This document shows, piece by piece, positions 26,501-39,300 of a DNA stretch of 64,000 bases; position 1 is the first letter of the stretch; each line of letters begins with the position of its first letter. This DNA comes from Tubiluchus corallicola (lineage: Eukaryota > Animalia > Priapulida). Made by a program: the position numbers and the translations under genes. Under the pieces are notes generated by a model. That model saw only the letters and a list, made by a program, of their open reading frames with translations, did not search any database and was not told where the DNA came from. The stretch covers positions 1 through 64,000 of the forward strand of contig JAQGDQ010000179.1 of the NCBI GenBank assembly GCA_030141605.1, written 5' to 3'.

Positions 26501-29089
26501 CTCTTATGAAACATCATGCCTGGCAGCACCTTTGGTTGATGATAAGTCTGAAGTGATTTTATGCGATTTAGTATTGCTGCTTGCTCTCAGCCTGTTGGCT
26601 GTGTGCCTTTATGCTGTAAGTAAGTAAGTAAATAACTTAGTAAGTAAGGCAGGCAGGCAGTCAAGCAGGCAGGCAAAACAGTGCACACAAGAACTATTAT
26701 CATAGACTGAAATTACAACAGTTATTATAATAACTAATAAAAGCAAGGAAAAGCTTACAGAGGCAAGCATAATGACATGTATCTAAGACTATTTACAATT
26801 TGAAAACATATGATTGAAATAACTATGTTCCATTAAGTGTGTGAACTGAGGTTAAAAATGATCATTCATTTTATTCAAGCACAAGTGAAGTAACATTAAA
26901 ACAAACGATGATAAAACAGGTGAAAGTTACAGAATTACATATTTAGAACATGTATGTCATTTCAAACCAACACATGAAAGGCAAATATCTCGCACATTTT
27001 ATTTTGTTCAGGTGTTTGTCAGTCACGAGAGATGTGCTGAAGCAAGTGACAAGCATAGCTGTTACCATCTTTCTTTGTTTAGCAGATGTTTTTGTACCTT
27101 ATTAGTAACATTTCTTTTTTACCACACCTTTGAAGAAATCCATTTTGGACTGAGTGGTTCATAGATTATCTAAACTGATATTTTGAGCCCGGCAATAAAT
27201 TTATTGTACACTTGATGGCAAATCTTTAGTAGTGCTGCAACTGCAGAATATCTTCTTTGTCATTTTTCTGTTTCAATTTCATTATTTTTTCAAGTTGAAG
27301 TTGAAGTGGAAGCTGCACACTGAAAAATATAATCTTCAGAAAATCGCTTTTAGTGTTTGTCGTTGTTTTTTGTCACGTTTCTGCAAAACACTTAGCAGTC
27401 GTACGAATGGGTAGTTGATATGGGCTTTGCAAGGGCATGTTGAAGCTACGTTTAAATCTAGTAGATGGGTTATCCAAACAAAGATCTGGGCTTGGCAACA
27501 GAAAAACCGCAAGCAAAATGAATGCTTCCTGGTGCTACTATAGGAATTTGAAAATATATAGTATTTGATAAATCCAATTGTAGTTTTTAGGGAAAGAAGT
27601 GGGTTATGAGTTATAAATTCTGGTATTTTCTAAACAATTTCCTGATGTTTTGATGCTAGAGCATAAAAGTCCAATATATTTTGCATTTGTTTTTGTAAAA
27701 CACAAAAAAATTGATATTTGACTTAATTTTTGATGCATTTTACTTTGAAGCATCATAATGCAGTTTTAACTATGCTGTGTGGCTGGTTTTGGTTTACAAG
27801 CTCTCAACTAAAAATAATGTGTTGGCAAATTCATGTAAGCTGTAATTATCTTTAATTAGGTATTGTAGAGCCTGTATCTGCCGCTGATGTCTGTGGAACT
27901 AAGCAGGGAATCGGCTTTCGAGGCTCGGGCATGCAACCGGTGTTTAAGACGAAAATTGAAAGAATACTTCTCGACTATGCCAAGTCTGAAAATTACAAGG
28001 AGTTAGCTTTTGACAAAAAATTCACGAAAGATGAACGAGCGTACATTCATCAAAAGGCTCAAAAACTGAATTTGAAGAGTAAAAGTTACGGCAAAGATGA
28101 AGAAAGGTGAGGAGTTTTAATTAACTTAGAATAGTTTCAGGGTTACACAACCAAGTAGAACTGACAAGAAACTTGCTTGTCTGTAGAAGTAAATATTGAA
28201 ATTAACCTAGGTTGGTTGGCATCCTTCTGTCTCGGAAGACAATGGAGTGTGTGCCAAGAGAATCCTAGGTAGACTTCTAGTAACTATCGTTTTAGTATTC
28301 TATATATACTAACCTCTTCCCTAGTGTATCATAGTATGTCTTCATACAGTGCGGTTTGTGATTACTCGTTTATAGACTTCTACTAGTTTAAAAAGTAAAT
28401 TTCGAAGTCTGAAAAGTCCAAGTGCCTGTATGATGTAATGGTTAACGTAGCTGCCCAGAAGGCAGAAGGTATTGAGTTCAAGTTTCAGTGGCGGTGCAAA
28501 AATTTTTTAGATTTTCTGATTTGGTATTGCTCATGTACATTTATGTTGTTAAAGACATGCATTAGTTAGATAAGAATTAGCTCCTTCAGTGCTTAGTTAA
28601 ATAAGAATTTCACAAAATGAAAATATTTGGCTGTTTTCAAAATGAATATATTCATTGCAAAGCTGACTTGAAAACAGGCGACCTTTAGAAGTAGAGTTTT
28701 GTGTTCAAAATTTGAACATGATTTTATAACCATCATTTTTATCATTTTAGTTGGCTAAGCCAATTTGTTTTATTTCCTTTACAAATGGAGTCTCAGATAT
28801 TTGCATAATTCATAAAATCATGCATTTAACCTTGGAAAGTAGAGAAAATTATGTGGATGGTTTTTCGCAAATGTTTGAATTCTAGCTTTTCAGTAAGAAT
28901 TAAAATGTCACTTTGCATTTAATGTTTGCATCAGTAATAGTGTTTCTTTTTATTTTCAGGTATCTACTCGTCAGCAAAAAAATAAATGTAACTGAAATGT
29001 TGCAAGAACTCATACGGCATGGTGGTGTAGTTGGTAGATTTGAACTTGTTTCTCTAGGTGGAGAAGAAATTACTGATTTGGTACAGTGA
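14536..29089 (+). CDS. NKRF: NF-kappa-B-repressing factor-like protein (XRN2-binding XTBD, dsRBD-like, G-patch and R3H domains)
   Basis: Eight frame-consistent exons: 14536-14699, 21178-21293, 22276-22470, 23183-23378, 24776-24899, 26321-26489, 27860-28106, 28960-29089 (TGA). XTBD: HES..W..KRKFL..DRLLCLAQAYVNVMEMGCRYPEELM. G-patch: NMGKRLLQMMGWAGGGLGKEGNEGIVEPV..GIGF. R3H: FTKDERAYIHQKAQKLNLKSKSYG. An acceptor at 14495/14496 implies an upstream non-coding exon. Confidence 0.92.
15081..16632 (+). pseudogene. LINE ORF1: Cys-rich N-terminus, coiled coil and SGNH/GDSL esterase domain (frameshifted, with stops)
   Basis: CTLC..CERC; a heptad-like segment; LVLGHS (GDS block), YRG, IIACGVNDI (GxND) and DGLHLSRTG (DxxH). 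Premature stops at about 15700 and 16531. Confidence 0.8.
17581..20443 (+). pseudogene. LINE ORF2: 2A-like peptide, APE endonuclease and reverse transcriptase (disrupted)
   Basis: LLLILGGIKTNPGP; FLNMNIQSL, IVGITETWL, IMGDFN and SDH (APE, with an apparent internal deletion near 17890); NYRPIS, QFGF, FLDLSKAFDSI, GIPQGTLLGPLLF and YADN (catalytic YADD mutated, 19526-19537). Stops at about 18028, 18190 and 19982. Confidence 0.92.
23800..24589. mobile_element. Old hAT-like MITE
   Basis: Imperfect terminal inverted repeats TAGGGTTGCACCAAA ... TTCGGTGTACTGCTA with subterminal TTCGGT-like repeats. TSD not clear. Confidence 0.4.
24936..25339. mobile_element. hAT-superfamily MITE
   Basis: TIRs CAGGGCCAGATTAT ... 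ATAATCAGGCCCTG, flanked by an 8-bp TSD CTTGTAAG (24928-24935) / CTTATAAG (25340-25347) with one mismatch. Confidence 0.85.
28420..28570 (+). mobile_element. tRNA-derived SINE-like element (second copy inverted at about 39570-39705)
   Basis: A-box-like TGATGTAATGG and B-box-like GAGTTCAAG followed by a T-rich body. Colinear similarity (TAGCTGCCC..GTGG..AAATTTTT..AAAGACAT) to the reverse complement of 39570-39700. Confidence 0.55.
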
Positions 29090-30305
29090 CAACGATAGCA
29101 CTTCGTCGCCTTCTTGGTACAATCTTTGTAATGTAAACTTGTTATTACCTGAATTTAACCTATTAACTTACTTGTTAACTGAACTTTTGCGAAGCGTATT
29201 TGACACAATTGCCAATTTTCATGACTGTCTAAAAATGCACATGAGTTCTTAAAGGAAAACCGGACCCAGTCTTAAACTACAGCTTAAAACAATCAGCTCT
29301 ATAAAATACTGGCAGGAAACATTCAATTTTTTTGAGAATGATTCGCCTGAAAGAATTATTACCACTGAAACATAATTTTGCATTTGCGTGGCTATTTCCT
29401 TGCTGTCACATGCATTTCACCATTTGCTGGTTAGGTGGGCGCTACCGCCTGTATCTCAAAAATGTGTTGGACAAAAAAACTGTACTGTACCGCTCAGTTC
29501 TGAAGTGTTCGGTTGCAGTGTAGTACACACGTTCGAGAGAGCATGCATGAGCACAACGGTAAATTTGAAATTTGAATTTCAAACTTAGAATTTGCCATGT
29601 TTTTGTATATTACACAGATTGTTTTACAGTAGCGCTGTGCTTCAGTTTTTGCTTTCGCAAACATGTGCAAGTGCAGTGCGCTCATGGAATATTTGTGCTG
29701 TTGACAGTTGCGTTCATTTGTGATGCCACACTAATTGAGCATCCCTACCATTAATTAAATTTTAACCTATTATTTATTTATCAGAAACAGTTTGGCATTA
29801 TAAAAGGTGTTAAAATGTATACTTTTTATCAACCTACAAAATTGGGTAAGATATGAAAAATCATCCTGTTTTCCTTTAACAAGTGTAACTATGATGTTAC
29901 TGCATTGAAACTGTCCACATGTAGATTTTGCCACAGAATTAGAAGAAGTTCCTTCACAAGTAAATACCACTTTTAAAACAAGAAAACGGTGATGTATAAT
30001 AACCACATAGTTTATTTATTTTTTACAAAAAAAATTGTTACAAAAGACGAAGTAAAAAATACAATTATACTACTAATTTATATACAAAGTTTATATTTGC
30101 ATTGTTATGTACATGTTTGGTAGCACATATGACACAATATTAAACCCTTTAGCATACAATAGTATAGACAACTGACCTATGCATATTTTAGATACCATGC
30201 TACATCAAATACAACGATGTGTAACCTACATTTCTACTATGTAGTAACATGTATTATCTAACACTATAATTACAAAGCATGCAACAACTCCACTATAATT
30301 TGTTG

Positions 30306-33300
30306 TTACGTGATAACTATGGCTTTGTAAACACACGGTCCATTTTCTCCCTCTGTCAGAGCTGGCCAAAGGTAAGACTGTATAGCACTACTGCGTGAAT
30401 CCGAAGTGTGGAACCTGTGTAAAAAATACAGTTCACCGCTATTACTTACTATCTGTGAGAAATATATTAGTCATTACAGAGCAATTTAAAAATGGTAGCG
30501 TTCTATGTAACTTTCCCAAAACATCGCACAATCCATTGTCTTTTTTCCTACTATTTTCACTGACACATCCTTCAGATTATGCAAAAAATACATCAATGAT
30601 AAATTTTTAAAGCTGATGTAAACATCGCACAATCTACTCTCTTTTTTTCCTACTATTTCCACTAACACATCTTTTTTCCAGTCCTGTGTAATCTAATGGT
30701 TTTCCCTGTTCTTTTTTTGTTCACTTAACAATTCCTTTTTTTTATCTGGTTCACACGGCAGTGGGCTTTTACAAACCTTTGCTTCTCTAGCCCACTGCAG
30801 TACAATTATTCTTTTATGATAATGATAGTATATGAAACATCATAATTTATTACAGTACGAAGTAACAATTTTACTGTCACCATGTAATGAATGTCACTAT
30901 ATTGTACTGAATGTAATAATAGTAAAAACTTCAAAAACTTCAAACTTCAAATCAGCTGTGATTTCCAGAATTTTTATAAACCATTGCGAGCTTATTTTAT
31001 CAATTATTTCGCATTGCGAGTAATGAGTTGGAGAAAGGAGACACTGAAGTTGTGGACTAGTCGGGATTTGAACCCAAGACCTGTGATTAGTGCTCCACTT
31101 GACAGAGCAGGCTCAAGTTTTCTTCCTTGAAGCACACAATCCATCAGCGCCACGTGTACCCATGACAATAGAGGGATACTTTATGGTATCAATAAGTTCT
31201 CAAATTAGCTGGCAACTAACAATATCATTAATTAATTAAGACTGTAAACGATTTTGTTATTTTTATAAGTAGGCAGTGTTTTAAGCCCACTGCATGCAAG
31301 TGCTTAGATTTGACTGTGATATGCAAGAACATGATCAATAATAGGAAATTGCATATGTCTGGGGGCAACTTGTAATGATATTTCGCATTTTTTATAATAT
31401 GAAAAATACATTTTTTCACAATGATCTTCAAGTAGCTAACTTACCGTTGATGAATATCTGGATTAAACTTCGCAATGTCATACTCGATGCAGTATGCAGG
31501 AATTTGATTTGAAAGGGCCCATGCTATCCGAACGCATTCCTCAATATACCTTGTTAGAGATGCACATGTTGGCAGGCTGGGAAAGTCAAATAGTGTAGCA
31601 TAGAGCTGTGAACATACTTCCTGTATAAAGATGAATTTAATTTAGACAGTAAAATAGGTTGTCCATCGACATGAAAGAGAATAGCTTTTTAATATCATAT
31701 GACAACTGAACCACACTGAGTAGTTTTGGGAAACATTTTTCTTGCATTATAAAATCAATGAGTAAATTGTTTCATGTTAAAACATAGTTCATCACTTCAA
31801 GTGACTGGTTTGGGATTTGTTATATTTGTTCCAATTGCCATAAAAAGTCATTAGCTATACTGATAAACTGGAGCTTCTTTTGACTGCGTAGGACCACTTT
31901 TGGAGTGTCCTATCCACTGAAATCAGAAGAAGGATTCAGATACAGTACTTGTATTTTTGGCAAGAGAGAAGTTACTGGACTCAATTCGGGGGGAAGTTGG
32001 GTATACTGAGAAGATGACACTTGTGAAGCATGTGCTTGCCAAAACTGCTTTCCAGTAGAGGCTAAACAGAGACTCAAAGGTTATGTGAGTGTTTTTAATT
32101 TTTTAGTGGTGCAACTAGAAAAGGCCTGCTTAAAATACTTGGTTGTGATTATTCAAAATATCTTATTGCTATTATTATTATTATTGCTATCTTATTGCTA
32201 ACTGAATGTACTACAACATAATTTTAACTTTAGTTAAAACTGTTTTCACAAAAATAGTGATAGTCAGTTTTAAAAATAAATTCACTCTCTCATACACAGA
32301 AGTCATCTTAAAAACAAAAACTAACATAATATGTATTATTCTCAGTGAGGAGCACAAACAGTAGTGCAAATATTTGCTATTTGAGTGCTCGTAATTATGC
32401 ACAACTTGTCACACCTACAGAAAATACTCCAAACGTAGACTAGTACCTGCCCAATTCATTTGAATTTGCCACCAAAGGTCTCTTGGTTATTGGCCCACTA
32501 AATATTTTACTATTGAAAATTATTATTATCTAAATATTTGAAAGTGTTTAGAGACTATCCGAAACATAGATGTGCACCTCATGTGGAACGCCAGTTAAGC
32601 AACTTTACAGAAAGGGTTTTTACCTGAACATTAGGTGTTATGTTGTACTGATTGGTAGTCTGCCTCATGTAGTGTCCAATGCTTTCCAACATTTCTCGTA
32701 CTGGCGATTCTGTAGAACGGCACATCGGTGGAACGCCAAGAATTTCACGTAATACTGTTTTCTTATTCTCTATAGTCGTCCGAACTGATCGAAATGCAAG
32801 CTGCAGTATACAAAGATAATGATGTCCTATTTTCTTATTTACCCTTTCTTTTTTTTAAACAGAATTTAACTTTTAATTTTCAGTCTCTTATTCGCCCACT
32901 TCCAGACAAAATATATTTGTACTGATGAAGTAAAATTGTTAGTAAACTTACCACTATCACTGAAAACATGACCTTTGATTTGAGGTCATCGGAGTCCTCC
33001 ATTTCAGAGAGACGAGCAAGGGCATCTAGAGCCTCTACTCGAACTTGCGAATAGAGGTTTCCATACTGACGTATTAACTGAGTGGGTCGACTGCTACCCA
33101 TTTTCAGGTTTTCGAATTTACTGCCCCTTTCGATGTGTATTCTGGCCTGGTCTGATAATCTGTTTATGAAGAAACCAATGTTAATTTTAGTTTTTGATGA
33201 ATATATTTCATTTTACAAGTTGGCATTTACGTCTCTGTCATCCTCCAATAATGACGATCAAATTAATTGCAAATTTGCAAGCAGTTTTACATCTGTTTAT

Positions 33301-36300
33301 TTATACAGTTTAATTCTGTGGAAACCAGGATCCACAAACATGTATAAAATTTTATTATACGTAGACGTAACATTTTTGAGTTTTATATGCATAGAGTACA
33401 CAAATTGCATGCATTGCAATGACTACGTTTTTGAGTGTTTATTTCATCTATGTTTATCAATACTTGTCACGCTTGTATATATTTTTCAACGCTTTTTATG
33501 TATTTATGCATTTCTGTTGTTTTTTGACGTCTCTAAATGTCTTTCTACTAACTCTGTTCAATTCATGTCCTTGTTTATTTTTTAATTACATTGTCTTCCT
33601 ATGAAATGTACTACGTATGTACGAAATAGATGTTATATACATTGGCTGTTTAATGCAGTAATAGGACTGGAATCTTACTGAGCCTCATCAAGGACATTCC
33701 TGAAGATAAGATTGGAAGCTAAAGTAATACATGTCTTGTGGATCCACATTCTCTGTCAGTGTCTCAGTGAGGTTTAATCCTAGGTTTAGGCAGTTTAGAA
33801 AACAAAACTACCCAAAAACAATTTTTGCGGCAGTCACCTACGAATGTACTGACCATGGCAAGTGCTGCGTAACTACAGTCGTTATATTCTACTTGCCGTA
33901 AGTGCTTGTATTAATTATGATAACATCATTAATAACCTAATGACCCGCTTATATTAATTGGTTGCTTAGCAACATTTCGCAAAGATAATTTACATAACAG
34001 GTGTTTGCTACACAGGTGTGCAGTTGCCTAGCATTTTGTGCATAATTATTATTCAGGGCTGCTTACCTGTCAACAAGCATTTGTTCCTTGGCTTGCAGCT
34101 TCATTATGATTTCTTTTGATTTGTGTAAATCGGTTCTTAATCTGTCTACCTGAAAAATTATACAACATCGCATATAACATTAATTCAAACGAGCAAGTTA
34201 ATTTTTCACATTATCAAAGTTTGAAAATCTTATATACCTATTATTGTAGAAAAATGTAATGTCAAAAACTGAATTATCAGTACTTTCGAAAACCTCACTT
34301 TAAATGTCGTTGAAGGTACAGCAGTTTCTATTAGTTAAATGCTATGACTTCAGCAGAGTACGCTGTAGATACTATAAACACATTGGTGTACAATTTCGTG
34401 TATTGTGTGTGCTGCCATCTATTTACTATTTAAGGAACAAAAAATAACAGAACTATATAACAGTGAAAACAATGTAAAATGTGAGGAAATCAAAGCAATG
34501 ATTGTTAACTATAGGGTCTCTTTCAACTACGATCAAATTTTGGAGTGGCTTTAATTGAGCAAGATGTAAAAGGATCATATTGCATGTTGTTTAGATTAGA
34601 TTCGTGGTTTGCATACCTGTGGAATTACGAATTTAATAGGCCATCAAAAGCGACCAATTTACGTAGCATGTACAGCATTAGCATATTTATAGTAAAAATG
34701 CCGTCTAATGTCCATTAATCACTGTCACTGATTTCATATCAGTGCCTTGTAAGTCACAGTACACAGTAAAAGAGAAATTAAAATTCTTAAAAACAGAAAG
34801 CCCGTTGTTATGAAAGAACTGACGTCCAGCGTCTAGCATTCACTGGGTACTCAACAAGAAAGCGTCTCGCGTTAGTGGCATCCAATCTCTATTACGCCAA
34901 TCTCTGTGTTCTTTGCAGAAAAACAAAATGGACGACATGAACTTTATTTTTGCAAGGCTTTATTTTTTATATTTGTATGATAATTCGCAGGTCCGGTCAT
35001 AGTTGGCTGGTTGAGAAACAGACACCGGAGTAGGCAGAACTTCCAAAGCCTCGTTTCCAGCCTCGGCTGCAAAAACTTTGGTTTCATCACCCATTGACAG
35101 TATATAAGGTATTTTATCTGTTCAGTGAACATGCATTACTGCTATCATAAAAACTGACAGAGCCGAAGACCTTAGATTTTGCCTAGGTATTATTATTGGT
35201 TCGTCAACTGACAATAAGATACTGCGCAGTGTGTGTGTGTGTGTGTGCCTCATAGCTTCCCAAAAATATGCTTTCTTCCTTACACAATACCAAAATTAAA
35301 GTTTGGTTAATTTGTTTGCTCTAAAAATTGTATAGGTCACGTTGTGTCCACGTAATGGAAGTTCACATTCTGAGAAGGATCGTTTGTTCCAGCGAGTTTA
35401 ATATTGGTAGTTTAAACCCCGTTTACACTAGTCTACCCGTAGTGGACAGTTTGGGTTCAATGTAAACAGTTACACAGCCATAGGGACCACTACGAGTAGT
35501 GAACTCTCCGTGACTACCTCCCGTATGTAGTCACAGAACAGCTGCATAGCCAAGACCCGGATGTAATGTAAGCGGGACATATAACCATGTAGTAAAAGTT
35601 TGCTACAAGGCCTGTTGGCCTGACACAGCCCTGACCAAGCAACTTCATTGTTGAACGCGGACCCTACGCACAGGCGGCAAAATAAGTCTTCAATCTTATG
35701 GAAAAAGTCATTAAAGGCGTGACAGGCGTCAAAATGATTTAAAATGCGTCCGGTATCTTCTTCTCCGTAGTGTAAACACAGTTTTAGACGGCTTTTATTA
35801 GCTGATGTTTGGAAACGTATGCATTTCGTATTTGCGTTTCTTTCTTGCATTTTGCAGAGAATAATCTCCTGAAATGCAGTTTATAAATTCATTTTATTTT
35901 CCCTTATTTCTTACCTCTTTCTTCAGGGTAACAAGTTCCATGCTAGCCTGAGGAGTAGGTGGTGGGTGAGGTGGAGTGGGTGAGGCTGCAGCGCTGCTGT
36001 AATCATTACTGTTTCTTCCTGAGATACCTGTAAACATAATATATATAGTTTATATTGTAGTAGTGTTTGTAATACCTGGACACCAGCTCTAATTATCCCT
36101 CTAATGTTAGCCTTTGTAAACATCAGAAGTAGTTCATCTTTGTAGCTGCGTAATGATTGTGTAAACATTAAAGACACTCTTGGTTTATTAGTTCAAGAAT
36201 AGTTTTGTTGATAGCAATATGTATTGTAAATGAGCTTACAGATTCTTTTTTCTGACGTAGATTGATAAATTCGACAAATTTCTATTGTCTTGCACTTTTT

Positions 36301-39300
36301 ACTAATTACAATTTAACGATGTGCACCAACATAACTTTTTTTCCGTTAATTCTTCATAATATGGATATCAAGATTATTAGTGTTATGGCACAAACCCACA
36401 GTTAACTGGATTTTGAAAGTAAACTCAAAAACATGAAATACGAAAATGCTGAGTGACAGCCTGGATTTGAACCGAGAAACTTCCGTTTACCTGTCAGGTG
36501 TTTTTTGGTATTTTCTGTATTTCAAGTTTATTTTCAATATTCACTTTCACTTAATTGTGTGTTTGTTCAATCATTTGTTCCATTCTTTACATATACTTCA
36601 AACATAAAGTTTAGACACTTTAGATAGTAGTGGTCATTTAATTGGAAATATACAAACCAAATCTATCATTCTGCCCTTGTCAATCATATTACGGGTGTAA
36701 TAGAAATTTGATAAAATTTTTATAAACAAATCGCTTTAAACGATATTATTGCAGTCTGTACAAATTAAAGAAAGATTAAACTTTCATAATTACTGTCTGG
36801 TAAAACGTTTAATGGCATCATGAAATTAATTTAATTCAGATATTTCGAATATTTTAGATAATTCAAATGTTTTATTAGAACACAACAATTCTGCTAATTC
36901 AACAGTGCAAAGTAAGGATATAACATACTCGTCATTACAACTTAATTTTTAATATGTAACTTGATAGTGTGTGAAATACTTTCGACAAGATTTAATTTTT
37001 GTAACTTTTTCATCAACTGTGGTTTTACATTTTTGGGATAGCTTAGGTTTTTATATGTGCTACACTAATATACGTATAAGAGACCTTAGAAAGATAATAA
37101 ACTAGCAATTTCAGGAGTAATGTAAATGTAGTTCTTCGAACTTTAAGAAGTACACATTGATTGACAAGGGATTATCAGTTAGATTTAAACTTTCTACAAG
37201 ATATGGCAATCTCTACCTGATTTCTGTTCTCTCAGTACATTGTACAACATCCGCAAACAGTGACGAGCAAATACGCGGGTTTTGAAAAGTTTAATCTTAA
37301 AACTAAACGAAATCAGACAATAGCTTCAGTTAGGTTTTGGCACATTGTGTTAGCCTACCTCCACTGCTGTGATCAGTGCCCTTGTGAGTGCTGCTACCCA
37401 ACACGCTGTTACCTCTTCCTGAGTCAGCTGAATCTATCGTCTTTAGGTCTCCACCAATGTCTCCTTTACTGCTGATGCAAGCTGCAAGTAGAAACGTTTT
37501 AGTAGTGATTAATAAAATGGAAATTTTGATTTAATCAAAGATAAAACAACGTTAACAGCCAGTATAAGCTTTTTTCGTACACTAGCACACGCGAACAGAA
37601 ACCAACAAGGGCAGTTATTTCTTTATCCAAGTTGATTTGTTGGGTATTGTAGCCATTTTATTTTCTTCTAGCAGCGAACTGTCTGCTCAATTGAAAAAAT
37701 GCTGATCTAACTGAAAGTGTAAACTTAAGCTGGCTGAGTAACTGAATTAATAGCTGATCCAAAATCCTCTGACCGATATGATATGCTTAACTTGTTTCGT
37801 AAATGAAATAATAGCTGACCTATGTGTACCGGCAGCTCAGCTAGTTGACATAAATGCCACAAAAATGCATCTTTTCCCGACACAATATGTACGGGTATAT
37901 ATTTGATAATCATAATTATCGCATTCATCATCTCATTAATAGAAACATATTTTCTCAATATGCCATAAACCTAACTACATTCATACAACACTTTAAAACC
38001 GATGATAAACTTAACAACATTGTAGTATGTATCTAGAAATCTGCGAACTATTCATAGTATTTCTTGATCCTCATTTTTTATTAGAAACAAATACTGATCA
38101 TAGCTAAAAACTCGGGGCACACAGTTGAAATTTCAAGGAAAGCTTTTTTCTATAAATTTTATATTTTTCACAAGTCATTCAGAAGTGTTGCTCGTCTTCA
38201 AAACGACTAATTCAGTAATTCTTTGTAATTATGCGTAAACGTTGGGGGGGGGTAGCAACTGGCTATTACTAGTTGATTACAAGAATAGACCTGTCAGGTG
38301 AAATACTGAACAGGCAAACGCATTTTGGCTATGTTTTGATATGTATACTCCTATTACAGTAACTTTAGTAAGTTACGAAAAATTATAGTTATTTTGATTA
38401 GGCCTATTTTCAAATAATTACATTTGCACGTATCACGGATTTTAGTTTTAAAACATCTCTGAATGACACTGAGTTTCAGGTAAACTTGAAAAAACGACCT
38501 TTTAGCCGCAGTGTTATGTTTCTTCGAAATAAACTGAAAAATGTAGCGTTTCAGCGACGTTTGGTCTCCAAGGAGCTTTTTCAATCAGCTATCATCTTGA
38601 ACAAACTGAACTAAATGAGTCTGTACACAAAGCCAGCAAACATTTCGAGGTAATCACTCGCTTTGAGCCTCAAAGTTTGAGGAAAAAGCATAAGTAACGG
38701 CGCATGATACCTACACGGCGTTTGCTTAACTAATGCCATAACTCTACGTTTAACGTCCTTCATTGTTAAAGGCGTTTCAAGAGTGCTTTCCATTGTGCTC
38801 AGAATTAAATGAGACATGGCGTACACGATGGCAACTTCCACTTTGTCAGAATAAAAAGCACAGTTGAATATCTTTAAAGCTCAAACTGTCTTAACGTTTA
38901 ATGTTTTAATTAGTTTCTCATATCACACTGCAGACTAGCTTAACATTTCCACATTGTTACTTGTTGACGTAAAATTTCAGCAGCATTGAAAGAACTTGTG
39001 CGCACAACAAGCTGACTTTGTCTGTTATGACAAAACCAGCACCGTTGATAACCATCATCGTAAAAACTCGGAGGAACCTGTACGAGACGCAGGAGGTAAT
39101 AAAACCTGGATGAATTGCCCGAAAACATTTATCCTGGTATGCCAAATGCTTGGTGGATCTAGTCACAAGTGCAATAAATACGCCTTTATCATAATAAGAC
39201 TAAAAGGCTTAGCACCACAAGTAATTGACGCGGATTCAGTTATTTAAATGTGAATCGGAGCAACACTATGTCTTCACAATAAACGGAAATTGTTTCTTCT

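Noticed and set aside
28420-28500. Functional tRNA genes (also about 31045-31100, 36455-36500 and 39640-39700)
   Set aside because: A/B-box-like motifs are present, but no complete cloverleaf could be folded and the flanks are shared among copies, indicating repeats.
33082-33604. 167-aa hydrophobic plus-strand ORF
   Set aside because: Antisense to a real exon plus T-rich intron sequence; composition artefact.
35440-35870. 126-aa minus-strand ORF in a GC-richer intronic block
   Set aside because: No recognisable motif, and the neighbouring exons splice in frame without it; probably TE debris.
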